From UHGV virus genome UHGV-0084588: 64,000 nucleotides of DNA. One strand, 5' to 3'. This document shows positions 1 through 9,063 of the stretch, in pieces. Both the position numbers and the translations under genes were made by a program. The stretch comes from a virus. Below the pieces are notes generated by a model. It did no database searches and was not told the origin of the DNA. It saw only the letters and a program-made list of their open reading frames with translations. Position 1 is the first letter of the stretch. Each line of letters opens with the position of its first letter.

Positions 1-112
1 TTCTGGAAAAACTTGTGTTAACACACAAAGTCTGGCGTAAAGAAGACGCCCCAGAGCACATGTTCATTTTAGAGTACGCTGTCATTCCAAATCAGCCGTT
101 CTTCTAATCTCT

Positions 113-150
113 ACCCCTTACCCTTTACGGAGTAAGGGGTAATTTTATTT
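113..150 (+). terminator. intrinsic terminator upstream of first gene
   Basis: Inverted repeat ACCCCTTAC/GTAAGGGGT followed by AATTTTATTTT. Confidence 0.5.
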
Positions 151-173
151 TCATTCCCTAAAGGAACAGAGAT

Positions 174-653
174 ATGATAAAATTCATTTGGCGTTACCCA
201 ACACGTTTTTGGTTTGTGGTGCTTGAACTGTGTATGGTTCTTGTAGCGGTTACTTTTATCGATGCACCTGCCTCACAGTTGACCATTTTCTGTCTTTTCG
301 TGGCAGTTCCTGTATGGGTTATTGCGAAGGCTATTAAGTTCGCCATGGTGAGTTGGGCGAATTATACGTGTCCGTATAAACCTAGACAAATCATGAACTG
401 GTTAATGTTTATTGAAGAACGTTTACCGGCGCAACGTAAATTACTGGGCTGGTCGTCAATGTTAGATATTGCGCTAGAAACCAATGCAAAGTTCCCCGGC
501 GCGAAAAACCCGTATTTGCTGTTGGCGGTAATTGTTGCGCAACAAAAACTGGTAGGCGATCGTTGGTTGCCAGAAGAAGCGAAAGCGTATATCCGTAAAC
601 ATCCAAAAGCTTTTTACTCGGTAGGTCAATGGCGTAACTTACCACTATTTTAA
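174..653 (+). CDS. hypothetical membrane protein
   Basis: 159-aa ORF with ATG start and hydrophobic N-terminal segments (FWFVVLELCMVLVAV, LTIFCLFVAVPVWVIA). Confidence 0.55.
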   Translation: MIKFIWRYPTRFWFVVLELCMVLVAVTFIDAPASQLTIFCLFVAVPVWVIAKAIKFAMVSWANYTCPYKPRQIMNWLMFIEERLPAQRKLLGWSSMLDIALETNAKFPGAKNPYLLLAVIVAQQKLVGDRWLPEEAKAYIRKHPKAFYSVGQWRNLPLF

Positions 654-706
654 CTTTTTACATAACCCTTAGTTGATTTGAACAAACCTAAAAGAGGACT
701 ATTAAA

Positions 707-1639
707 ATGACTTTTCCATCTGAAGTAATTTACGAACTGGCTAACACTCTACGTCGTCGTTATAGCTACCATATGCTGCAAACCAGCGTAGGTCCAACCG
801 CTGCTTTTCTGCGTAACCATTTCCTAGGCAGCAATCAGTCTTCAATTACGCAGGAAACGATTTTCTCTATCGATCGTACCACCGATATTCTTCCGATTGA
901 CTGTGCAATTGCGGTTCAAAATGGGGATACGTTCAACTTCGCCATGGGAATGCGCCATACAACCGTTACTGTTGACCCAAGCGTGGGGATCGAACATTCT
1001 TTCATGCGTAATCCGTATCCACTGTCGGATAACTGGTTCGTTGTTGTAGAACAAGGCGTGAATAAGTACGAAGTTGTTGCGGCGCACGACGAATCTTTCT
1101 TTGGTTTGGGGGAGATTTCACGTCCCCTGGAAATTGCTCTCGAACTTCGACAGGGTAATATCGGATTAAATGGGGGTGTTGTCTACTTCATCCTGAGCAA
1201 CTGGGCGCATGTGAGCCACGTCCTGAGAAAAGCTGACGCAACGTTCCATGCAACAAAAGTAAGTTACTTCTCCGCTGAGAATAAAGTTCAAGACGAAGAA
1301 GAAACAGTACCTGGCACAGAAGTCGCCGTTTGTGAAAACTACGACGATCTGAAATCTGTACTCGTTAAGCGTGATGTTTTCGAATCGTTAAACCTGGATT
1401 TCCCTGGTGACGAAAATGAAATATCCGTAGCTGATCTGGTAGAAGCATTGTGTCAGAAAGACCAAGCTAACGAAATTAGCGACGAAGAAGCGGAACTCTT
1501 CCAAGTTCAACAACTCGTCAGCAAGGTTATCGGTGGCCAGGAAATCGTTGACACCCTTATGGCTTTACCGCCGAAGAAACGTACTCAAAAGTACATTCGT
1601 GAACTGGTTCTTGACAAGCTGGGCCAAACCAAAAAATAA
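707..1639 (+). CDS. hypothetical protein, paralog of the downstream gene
   Basis: 310-aa ORF; RBS AAGAGGA upstream; N-terminus MTFPSEVIYELANTLRRR and internal GGVVYFILSNWAHV resemble the next ORF. Confidence 0.6.
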   Translation: MTFPSEVIYELANTLRRRYSYHMLQTSVGPTAAFLRNHFLGSNQSSITQETIFSIDRTTDILPIDCAIAVQNGDTFNFAMGMRHTTVTVDPSVGIEHSFMRNPYPLSDNWFVVVEQGVNKYEVVAAHDESFFGLGEISRPLEIALELRQGNIGLNGGVVYFILSNWAHVSHVLRKADATFHATKVSYFSAENKVQDEEETVPGTEVAVCENYDDLKSVLVKRDVFESLNLDFPGDENEISVADLVEALCQKDQANEISDEEAELFQVQQLVSKVIGGQEIVDTLMALPPKKRTQKYIRELVLDKLGQTKK

Positions 1640-1647
1640 TCTAAGAC

Positions 1648-1682
1648 CCCTACTCCTCCGGGAGTAGGGTTAATTCTTTTTC
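1648..1682 (+). terminator. intrinsic terminator
   Basis: CCCTACTCC-tccg-GGAGTAGGG hairpin followed by a T-tract. Confidence 0.6.
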
Positions 1683-1700
1683 CATCTTAGGAGTATTAAA

Positions 1701-2249
1701 ATGTTTCCATCGTCTGAATATTTAACTCATCTGGCTTACGGTATTCGCCGTGGTTCTGTTTTCCGCACACGTTTAAAGGATATAAATTTCCTGGCTAATT
1801 TCTTATATAACCATTTTGGTGATGGAACTAACGTTTACAAAAAGATCACCTCAACACAACTTTATTCCCTTATAGCGGCGTCTGAAATCGTACCTACAGA
1901 TATTTGGCGATTCAAACGTTATAACGGAGATATTACAATCAGTTTTCTTGATCATTCCCCTATTACCGTTGAAATCGCCGATCGTATTGACATTAATAGT
2001 GAAATGTCTGGTTGGAAGATTCTGTTTGATTGTGGCAATCGTTATGCGGTACTTGGCTCCTCTGATGAACGTGACTTCCCATTCGACAGGCCCTACTATT
2101 ACCTTAGCGAAGATGATTTCCCGGATAAAGAATCCAATATCTATTTAAACGGGGATACCGTTTACTTCATTTTTCGTACTTGGAACGACGTTGCTGCTAT
2201 GATTGCTCAAGGCGTCATCGATTACCGTAAGCTAGAAGTCGACATTTAA
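1701..2249 (+). CDS. hypothetical protein, paralog of the upstream gene
   Basis: 182-aa ORF; RBS GGAGTATTAAAATG; N-terminus MFPSSEYLTHLAYGIRRG and GDTVYFIFRTWNDV match the preceding ORF. Confidence 0.6.
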   Translation: MFPSSEYLTHLAYGIRRGSVFRTRLKDINFLANFLYNHFGDGTNVYKKITSTQLYSLIAASEIVPTDIWRFKRYNGDITISFLDHSPITVEIADRIDINSEMSGWKILFDCGNRYAVLGSSDERDFPFDRPYYYLSEDDFPDKESNIYLNGDTVYFIFRTWNDVAAMIAQGVIDYRKLEVDI

Positions 2250-2260
2250 AATAAAAGCTA

Positions 2261-2293
2261 CCCTACTCCTTCTGGAGTAGGGTAATCTTTTTA
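2261..2293. terminator. bidirectional intrinsic terminator between convergent genes
   Basis: CCCTACTCC-ttct-GGAGTAGGG hairpin with T-rich runs on both sides. Confidence 0.55.
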
Positions 2294-2914
2294 GTTAACT
2301 AACCCGTTAGCTTTAAGAATCTCTAACATTTGGTTGTTTAACTCTTTTAATTTTTTGTTTTCTTCTGTCAACGCAGCAACTTTCTCGCCTAACGGAATAG
2401 ACTCACGAATTTTATTTTTTCGTGCCGCTTCCATCTGCAAGTGTTGTTCCTCCGTTACCTTCCCCTCATACTCGAGAGTTGTAATTTCAACTTTCGGTTC
2501 AATCCCCAGAGTATGCGTGAGAATATCTGAAACGTCTTTTGTTATAGACGACACTTTCACGTAATCCGGTACTAGTGCCAAATCTACCACTAACACATTT
2601 CGTTGATACGTGATCCCGGATAAACCTGGGTACGATTCCAGGTAGGTGTCAGGTATGTATACAACTTGACCATCACGAGATTTAAATGTCAAAATCGACG
2701 CACTAACATTCGCATCTGCTAAATATTCTTCACGCCCTAGCCCTGCTGGCTGGTAATACGAATTATAAACGTCGATATTCTGACGTACTAAATCTGGGAA
2801 GGTACGCGATGCCTCTACCGTATAAATGACTGTCTCGGCTAAAGTAAATGGTGTTTTTACTTTAAACAGACCCGTGGTGTTGACTGGTACCTGTAGTGGT
2901 AAACGCGTAGCCAT
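2291..2914 (-). CDS. hypothetical protein
   Basis: 207-aa ORF on the minus strand, directly downstream of the 457-aa ORF. Confidence 0.55.
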   Translation of the reverse strand: MATRLPLQVPVNTTGLFKVKTPFTLAETVIYTVEASRTFPDLVRQNIDVYNSYYQPAGLGREEYLADANVSASILTFKSRDGQVVYIPDTYLESYPGLSGITYQRNVLVVDLALVPDYVKVSSITKDVSDILTHTLGIEPKVEITTLEYEGKVTEEQHLQMEAARKNKIRESIPLGEKVAALTEENKKLKELNNQMLEILKANGLVN

Positions 2915-2917
2915 TCA

Positions 2918-4291
2918 TTACTCCTCGTCTAACTCGCTGTACCATTTCGCTTTCCGAGACAGGATTCGATATTCCACATTATCGTACTCAAATACCCAGA
3001 AATAGTTATCGGGGTCTGCCTCATCGACCAGTTTTACAATGTCTAAGCTGGTTTGATACGGGTGGTATTCTTCCGCAGCAATAAGTGCCTGGAAGAATAA
3101 CGCCAACCATTCGGTCGTTGTTTTCGACATACGTGCAATATCAGGGTTAGTCGTCGCAATTAACGCATAATCCGGGATAGTTTCGTGTAAGGTCGCTTTC
3201 CGCGTATCATTTTCCGGCCCACTGATTACAACACAGTTTAATGATTTATAAACGGTTGGTAAGTCAGTTACATCTGTCGTAGGCTTACTGATCGTTTTAG
3301 TATTTCTTTCTGCTACCGTCAGGTCTGCCCATTCTCCAAACCGACTGATAGCTTTGACCCAGAAATCATATGGAAGGATAGGGGAATAAAGCGCCGCTAC
3401 GTCTTCCTCATTAGGTATTCCACGAATTTTCCATCCAGGAACAATTGTAAATTTCGTGGTAGTGAAAATTTCAGGAAATACCTTTACCCCGACGGGGACA
3501 GTAAAGCTAGAATTAGCGAGAATATGTTCACGCAACGCTTGCTTTATTTTCGTTGGGTTTTTTCCCGCACGGCCGTAAATAATAACCGACATTGGGACAA
3601 CTAGGGTGGACTCGTAGTTTTCTTGATCGTGCCAAGTATAGTAGTTGGTTTGGATAGCGGTGTAAGGAAATCCTGCCATTAACTCATTGATTTTCTTATG
3701 GTGTTCGGTAAGGTTAAACCCTTCCATCGCCTTTTCAACGACTGACTTGGTCGACAAAAATGTGTCGATTGGTGAAATCGGCATCTGCACTTCGATTTCG
3801 AATCCTGTGTAATCTTGATCGAAGTCTTCATCCGAGAACCAAACAATGATCTGATTATCTACATCAGTGTCATCTTGTACTTGATCTGCTGTTGCTTCAT
3901 ATTTCCAGCTCACCCAGCGTGGGAACCAATTACTGTTCGTCTGAATCATCGCACCGGACTGAACGCCAGAAATGGTTGATTGGAATTGGCCTAGTAATAG
4001 GCGCTGGAATTCAAGTTCGTCATTTCTCAGATTCCCCAAGATGGCTTGCTGGTAAATCCATTGAGAAACGGTTAGAATATGATCAGAAAACTCGGCTGGC
4101 ACAACAACCGTCTGTTTTTCTCGTTTAGACGTAAAAGTCACCAATTGTACTTGCAAATTGGTTTTAGTAAACGTCTGTTTACTCTTCGCGTACGAGAGTG
4201 TCAAATCCGACAGCTCGCCCACCGGAGCGGTGACGCCGTCCTGATTGTCAAACAGTGCCGGTATCTGAATAAAACCTTGTAAGTCTAACAT
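2918..4291 (-). CDS. hypothetical protein
   Basis: 457-aa ORF on the minus strand; no recognisable motif. Confidence 0.6.
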   Translation of the reverse strand: MLDLQGFIQIPALFDNQDGVTAPVGELSDLTLSYAKSKQTFTKTNLQVQLVTFTSKREKQTVVVPAEFSDHILTVSQWIYQQAILGNLRNDELEFQRLLLGQFQSTISGVQSGAMIQTNSNWFPRWVSWKYEATADQVQDDTDVDNQIIVWFSDEDFDQDYTGFEIEVQMPISPIDTFLSTKSVVEKAMEGFNLTEHHKKINELMAGFPYTAIQTNYYTWHDQENYESTLVVPMSVIIYGRAGKNPTKIKQALREHILANSSFTVPVGVKVFPEIFTTTKFTIVPGWKIRGIPNEEDVAALYSPILPYDFWVKAISRFGEWADLTVAERNTKTISKPTTDVTDLPTVYKSLNCVVISGPENDTRKATLHETIPDYALIATTNPDIARMSKTTTEWLALFFQALIAAEEYHPYQTSLDIVKLVDEADPDNYFWVFEYDNVEYRILSRKAKWYSELDEE

Positions 4292-4316
4292 AATTAAAAA
4301 TACTCCGAGGTGAGCA

Positions 4317-4820
4317 ATGGGTTCATTTTTTAAAGTGCTTCCGTTCTTCCTTCAGATGTTAATGGAAGCATTTAAACCAGGAGAAGGAGAAAACGTATCA
4401 AGAGCAAGCAAGATAATGACTCTAATCATCACGATCTTGTTGTCGTATTCTGGCTTCGTCTCCTACGCCTATGTACAACAGTTTCACGCGCTCGTTGCAG
4501 TGCAGTCTCATGACACTTATATGTCGCAGTCTTACCAAGAGATGAAACAAGATCGAGATAAACTAAAAGAAGATAATGGGAAGTTATACGACAGACTCTT
4601 CGTTTGCCTCGGCCAGAAACCGCCATATGAAAGCACGTTTAATTCATCGAAAGCGAGCGGTACGACGAAGGATCTGTCCTCGGCAAAACCAGAAACTCCT
4701 GTTAATCCGGCTTCAACACCAGAACAACGTAAAGAGGCTTCGGCGAGACCTGTTGGTAATTTAAACGCGAACAGTTTTCGACAGGAGATCATAAAGACGC
4801 TATCGTCTTCTAAGGAGTGA
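4317..4820 (+). CDS. hypothetical protein with an N-terminal hydrophobic segment
   Basis: 167-aa ORF; RBS GAGGTGAGCAATG; hydrophobic stretch IMTLIITILLSYSGFVSYAYV. Confidence 0.5.
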   Translation: MGSFFKVLPFFLQMLMEAFKPGEGENVSRASKIMTLIITILLSYSGFVSYAYVQQFHALVAVQSHDTYMSQSYQEMKQDRDKLKEDNGKLYDRLFVCLGQKPPYESTFNSSKASGTTKDLSSAKPETPVNPASTPEQRKEASARPVGNLNANSFRQEIIKTLSSSKE

Positions 4821-4823
4821 TTG

Positions 4824-5279
4824 ATGAAAATGCTATTATTCATCATGGTAGTGTTCGTGGGGTTGGTGAGTAATAGCTACGGTGACGAAGTTGAACGTCC
4901 AGCTTATAGGCCACTGGAGCTTCCTCCTGAACCACCAATAATGGTGAATTGGAAAATTGACAAGAATGCAATGCGTGAGTATGTTGCAGATGTCAACACC
5001 TATGCTTATTACGTTTATGTCTACACACGAAATTTAAACCAGCAAGCCGCTAAACGTGGCTGGAGTCCACCAATGTTGGCTCCACTTTGTGAACGCTATG
5101 AGTTACCGAAATTACACGTTGTACCTGAGCGCTTGTCTCTTGATGAGGGTTCTTTAACAGCCCAAGAGATTAGCCGTGATTTATCGCGTAAACTCAATAA
5201 TTTGTTGTGGAATTACCGTTCCGACCGTCAGGCACTGCTCGATTCGTATAACCAATACTTGACATCGTGTTTGTACTGA
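4824..5279 (+). CDS. hypothetical secreted or periplasmic protein
   Basis: ATG 7 nt after GGAG chosen over the TTG in the ORF track; N-terminus MKMLLFIMVVFVGLVSNSYG looks like a signal peptide. Confidence 0.5.
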   Translation: MKMLLFIMVVFVGLVSNSYGDEVERPAYRPLELPPEPPIMVNWKIDKNAMREYVADVNTYAYYVYVYTRNLNQQAAKRGWSPPMLAPLCERYELPKLHVVPERLSLDEGSLTAQEISRDLSRKLNNLLWNYRSDRQALLDSYNQYLTSCLY

Positions 5280-5283
5280 CACT

Positions 5284-5325
5284 CCCTCCTGTACCCTTCG
5301 TGGTACAGGAGGGTCTTTCTTTTTA
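5284..5325 (+). terminator. intrinsic terminator
   Basis: CCCTCCTGTACC-cttcgt-GGTACAGGAGGG hairpin followed by TCTTTCTTTTT. Confidence 0.6.
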
Positions 5326-5368
5326 ACGTTTACGACTATTTTAATGTAGACTAACAGGAGAATTCAAC

Positions 5369-6103
5369 ATGACCTACCCAAAAATTATCACCCCGTACAC
5401 ACCGACGTTGGTTATTGGTGCCGATGTAGAAACCAAATCGTTACGCCCCGATGCTTATCTGTTGAGTGCAGGATTAGTGGCGTTTGACGTCCCTACCTTG
5501 AAAATGGTTGGTTCCTCATACATCCGTATCGATCCTAACGATCCTAAAGCAAAAGCTATTTTCCACGAAGACCCACAAACGGTTGGATGGTGGGAAGGTA
5601 AAGGCGAACCTGAATACGCACCGTCTCGTGAAGCCTATGCGGAAGCATGGGGTGGAACAACAGCATTGCCTGATGCTCTGTGGGCGATGCAAAAATGGCT
5701 CGGGGAGATCACCGCAAAACATGAGTTTGTTATTACCATGCGCGGTCCCGACTTCGATGCGCCGATTTTCATGAACGCTTTCGCACAGTGCGATATTCCG
5801 CCAGGGAAGTTCCGTAAATTTAGTGCGCTGGATAGCGATCGCACCGCAGAGCGTTTAGCCTTTGCGTTTGGTTTCGAACCCGACTTAACGGTAGAGCAAG
5901 TTTATTGGACGCGCGGTAAGCCCGCTTTTGAGCACCACGCAATGTGGGATGCAGCAAAAGAAGCCTACACCACGGCACGTATTTATCACCTCGCTTTGGT
6001 CACCCGCCAATACGGGTTTGAACGCGCCAAAGCCTGTCACGAAGAACTGAAAACTGGCGAGTATGTTGCGCCGCAGATTCGTGATCAATTAACCAGGGAT
6101 TAA
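5369..6103 (+). CDS. DEDDh-type 3'-5' exonuclease (DnaQ/RNase T-like fold)
   Basis: Exo I motif VIGADVET, Exo II GPDFDAPIF, Exo III HHAMWDA in the expected order; RBS ACAGGAGAA. Confidence 0.65.
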   Translation: MTYPKIITPYTPTLVIGADVETKSLRPDAYLLSAGLVAFDVPTLKMVGSSYIRIDPNDPKAKAIFHEDPQTVGWWEGKGEPEYAPSREAYAEAWGGTTALPDALWAMQKWLGEITAKHEFVITMRGPDFDAPIFMNAFAQCDIPPGKFRKFSALDSDRTAERLAFAFGFEPDLTVEQVYWTRGKPAFEHHAMWDAAKEAYTTARIYHLALVTRQYGFERAKACHEELKTGEYVAPQIRDQLTRD

Positions 6104-6105
6104 GA

Positions 6106-7626
6106 ATGAAGAACGTTGATGTTGCAGTAATTTACACGGACGGTAGCCATTTGACCTCCCCGCTCGGTACAGGGGCGGGGATTCATGGATACTTATTTAA
6201 TCGTGAAGCGATTGAGGATGGTCGGGTTTACCGCCATCCCACTATTCCAGAGGGGATTACGACGTCAGGATACCGCCAGATAAACAAGGATGAAAAACTT
6301 CCGCCTTTACCAGAAACCGTGGAGTTTATTGACGGCGTTGTTCCTGTACCAAAAATGTCACACTCCGACGTTGCAGAACTCGTGGCTTTCCTGACCGTCT
6401 TCGAACACGCCCCCTTCGTTGCCAAAAACTACGTTATCTATATCGACGCATCTTACGTTGTCAACACGTATAACGACTGGATCGATGGTTGGGCAGCACG
6501 TGGTTGGCGTCGTGCGGACGGTACACCTATTGCGAATCTGGAATTAATCCAACGGATGTGGGAGGTTAAACATCGCTTAAAGAAAGAAGGGAAAGGTGTT
6601 CGTGTCCTTAAAATTAAAGGCCACTCTGGACGTTATGGAAACGAACGCGCAGACGAGTTAGCGCGGAAAGGCTCAATTATCTCTGCCCGAGGGGAGGGGT
6701 TAGACTATACACCGTATTGGTCAAAAGACGAGCTGCCTGAGGAAGAACAGCAACCGGAAGTTGTTGGTGAGGGTGTCAATTTGTCCGCTTTCCCCGATAT
6801 CTGTGTTACGAAGTTCTGTTACCCGATGGTGAACGAACCCCATCCCACTGTTACAGTTAACGGTAATAAACTTTATTACATGTTCGGTGGAAACCACGCA
6901 AAACAGAAGGACGATATCGTCTTCGTTGGTAAGTACATTCCAGATGCACAATTCTGCGTAATGTTTACCAAAGAACCGTGGGATAACGTATACGAGTTGG
7001 TAAATACCCATTCTGCGAAAGCGTGGGAAGGGGTGCCCCGTTTACGTCAATTTGATCCTATCGCCGTTGTTTTTAACTTATTCGTAAAGCGTAAGAAGTT
7101 CGCAGAAGCCGCTGCTAACGGCATTCCTATCGATCGGATGCATTTTAGCGAAGACAAAAACCTGTGGATGTTTGAAGATCTTTCGATTACACGAATTCTT
7201 CGTCCTGCGCTATTATCTTATCGTTGTATTGCGATTCGTGATGAGCTTGCAGGTTGGTTACGCGATGCCATGGAAGGGAAAAACTCAGTAGTGTTGAATG
7301 ACATTACTGACGTACTTTACGATGAGAAAGGTAAGCCGAAGAAAGACATTTATCGTAACGTAGATAAAGGTTTTGACGTAACCATCCAGATCCCTGGTAG
7401 TAAAAACAAGGTTAAAGCTATCCTTACTCGAGGTATCGACATACCGACGCGTACGGAAATCAACCGTATCAAAGAACCGGAAGGGCGGTTCTACGTGGCT
7501 GTACGTCGTCCAGAACGGCAGTATATCGAATACGCGTTGGTTTATATCGGGGAAAAATATCATGGTTTGTGGTGCGGCTATTATTCAAACAAACGAATAT
7601 TGACGGATAAGGAGCTTGAATGCTGA
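6106..7626 (+). CDS. RNase HI domain fused to a roughly 310-aa C-terminal region of unknown function
   Basis: N-terminal 190 aa carry RNase HI motifs (VAVIYTDGS, SHSDVAELVAF, YIDASYVVNTYNDWIDGWAARGWRRADGTPIAN, KGHSGRYGNERADELARKG) closely matching E. coli RnhA; the rest has no recognisable motif. Confidence 0.7.
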   Translation: MKNVDVAVIYTDGSHLTSPLGTGAGIHGYLFNREAIEDGRVYRHPTIPEGITTSGYRQINKDEKLPPLPETVEFIDGVVPVPKMSHSDVAELVAFLTVFEHAPFVAKNYVIYIDASYVVNTYNDWIDGWAARGWRRADGTPIANLELIQRMWEVKHRLKKEGKGVRVLKIKGHSGRYGNERADELARKGSIISARGEGLDYTPYWSKDELPEEEQQPEVVGEGVNLSAFPDICVTKFCYPMVNEPHPTVTVNGNKLYYMFGGNHAKQKDDIVFVGKYIPDAQFCVMFTKEPWDNVYELVNTHSAKAWEGVPRLRQFDPIAVVFNLFVKRKKFAEAAANGIPIDRMHFSEDKNLWMFEDLSITRILRPALLSYRCIAIRDELAGWLRDAMEGKNSVVLNDITDVLYDEKGKPKKDIYRNVDKGFDVTIQIPGSKNKVKAILTRGIDIPTRTEINRIKEPEGRFYVAVRRPERQYIEYALVYIGEKYHGLWCGYYSNKRILTDKELEC

Positions 7627-8288
7627 TCGTTTATAGTGAGGTCTTGTCAAAAGCCCCTCGGTTTTTACAAACTCACTTTATGTATAACGCACGGCAGTAT
7701 TGGGGCTTTAAAGCCCCTTACTCCGAAGATTGGGAAGTTGTGGAAAAGTTAGCATTTGTGTTTTCTCTTTCGTTGTTGTGGGAGATCATTGCACTATACA
7801 ACGCGGGTTGTGATATCCCTGAGAACGGCTTTTTCCAACAACACCTATTCCAAAAATTCACAGCATCGATAGAAAATCATGAAGTACGCAAGGAGTGTAT
7901 CGGCTACGCAGAGCATTCTGAAGAATTGAGAAAGATTTCCAAATTAGTTATCACGCGGGCATGGGCTGAATTCGAAACTTACCCCGAAAAAATAATTTGG
8001 TTTAATCGTGAACAGTTTATTAAAGAGGCAGTCAGTCAACATCCCGTTCGATTAATCGTGTTAAAGCCGTCCGATCTTGCCTTACGCCGTGTCTATTCGT
8101 TTCCAGAGGAAATCATTTTTTCCGCAGGAACAGCAGATTATGGTATTTTTAAGCAAGGTGATTCTTGGATTCTTCCGCACGACTTAGACCAGTATTTGCT
8201 CAATAGCGATCAAATACATTCGGGTTATGACTCACAGGTGAAGGAGTTTACAGTCGATCCTTTTTTCGCTAAAAATATTCTTAGATAG
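7620..8288 (+). CDS. hypothetical protein
   Basis: 222-aa ORF whose start overlaps the upstream stop; operon-like packing. Confidence 0.5.
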   Translation: MLIVYSEVLSKAPRFLQTHFMYNARQYWGFKAPYSEDWEVVEKLAFVFSLSLLWEIIALYNAGCDIPENGFFQQHLFQKFTASIENHEVRKECIGYAEHSEELRKISKLVITRAWAEFETYPEKIIWFNREQFIKEAVSQHPVRLIVLKPSDLALRRVYSFPEEIIFSAGTADYGIFKQGDSWILPHDLDQYLLNSDQIHSGYDSQVKEFTVDPFFAKNILR

Positions 8289-8302
8289 ATATTATCCAGG
8301 TG
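8284..8302 (+). promoter_or_regulatory. candidate phage promoter motif GATAGATATTATCC-AGGTG
   Basis: 14-nt match to the motif at 62141-62154 and near match at 17398-17411; about 25 nt upstream of the 8325 start codon. Confidence 0.3.
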
Positions 8303-8324
8303 TAACACCATTGGAGTTATTAAA

Positions 8325-9062
8325 ATGCTAAAAGTTTATGTCCCTCAATTACAACGTATCAATCCCTCGTTGTTCGAGGGAATCTTTTATAAAATTTGGC
8401 CACAATACTTCAATGAACATTTGAAGGACCCGAAGTGGTCAACCGCACAAGGAGAATTCTTTTATACCGCACAGACTGCCTGCACAAACGTCTTTACTCG
8501 TTTCATCGCTGAGGTTATTGACGCTGTCAATACCAACCGAAACTTTGACCTTCGTGACGTCGTAATAGATCTCTCTGGGATCTTCGATAACTACGATTGC
8601 GATGATGCTGTGTTCGAACATTTCTCTTCTGAAGATGTCTGGGAGGCCGTTTATCAATGGCTAGAATACTACGTAAACCTTCTGCTCTCTCCAGAGATGT
8701 TAGAAAATTTCAATAAAGCACTCTTTCCCATTTATATCGACTTAATGAACGTTAAGCGGACAAAGAACCTCGTTGGTTTCTGGTTTTCGACCTACGATGC
8801 TGAAAGCAGATTGTGGGAAAAAGAAATGATTGCTTTTGGTATCGAGCGCGGCGATTACGATGAATTATATCGAGGGTATTGGCCCTTCGATCGTCACGAA
8901 AACGGCTATTGCGGCAATCCGTACTTGTGGTCTTTTTATTTCTGTAATCAGACCGGTGTTATTTATCTTGAAGACACTGGTGTGCAAATTCCTAACGGTG
9001 CTGATGTAACATACTGCCAGTTACGTAAAGACCGAGACGACATCATTTATCAGGGCTATTAA
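8325..9062 (+). CDS. hypothetical protein
   Basis: 245-aa ORF; RBS GGAGTTATTAAAATG. Confidence 0.5.
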   Translation: MLKVYVPQLQRINPSLFEGIFYKIWPQYFNEHLKDPKWSTAQGEFFYTAQTACTNVFTRFIAEVIDAVNTNRNFDLRDVVIDLSGIFDNYDCDDAVFEHFSSEDVWEAVYQWLEYYVNLLLSPEMLENFNKALFPIYIDLMNVKRTKNLVGFWFSTYDAESRLWEKEMIAFGIERGDYDELYRGYWPFDRHENGYCGNPYLWSFYFCNQTGVIYLEDTGVQIPNGADVTYCQLRKDRDDIIYQGY

Positions 9063-9063
9063 C

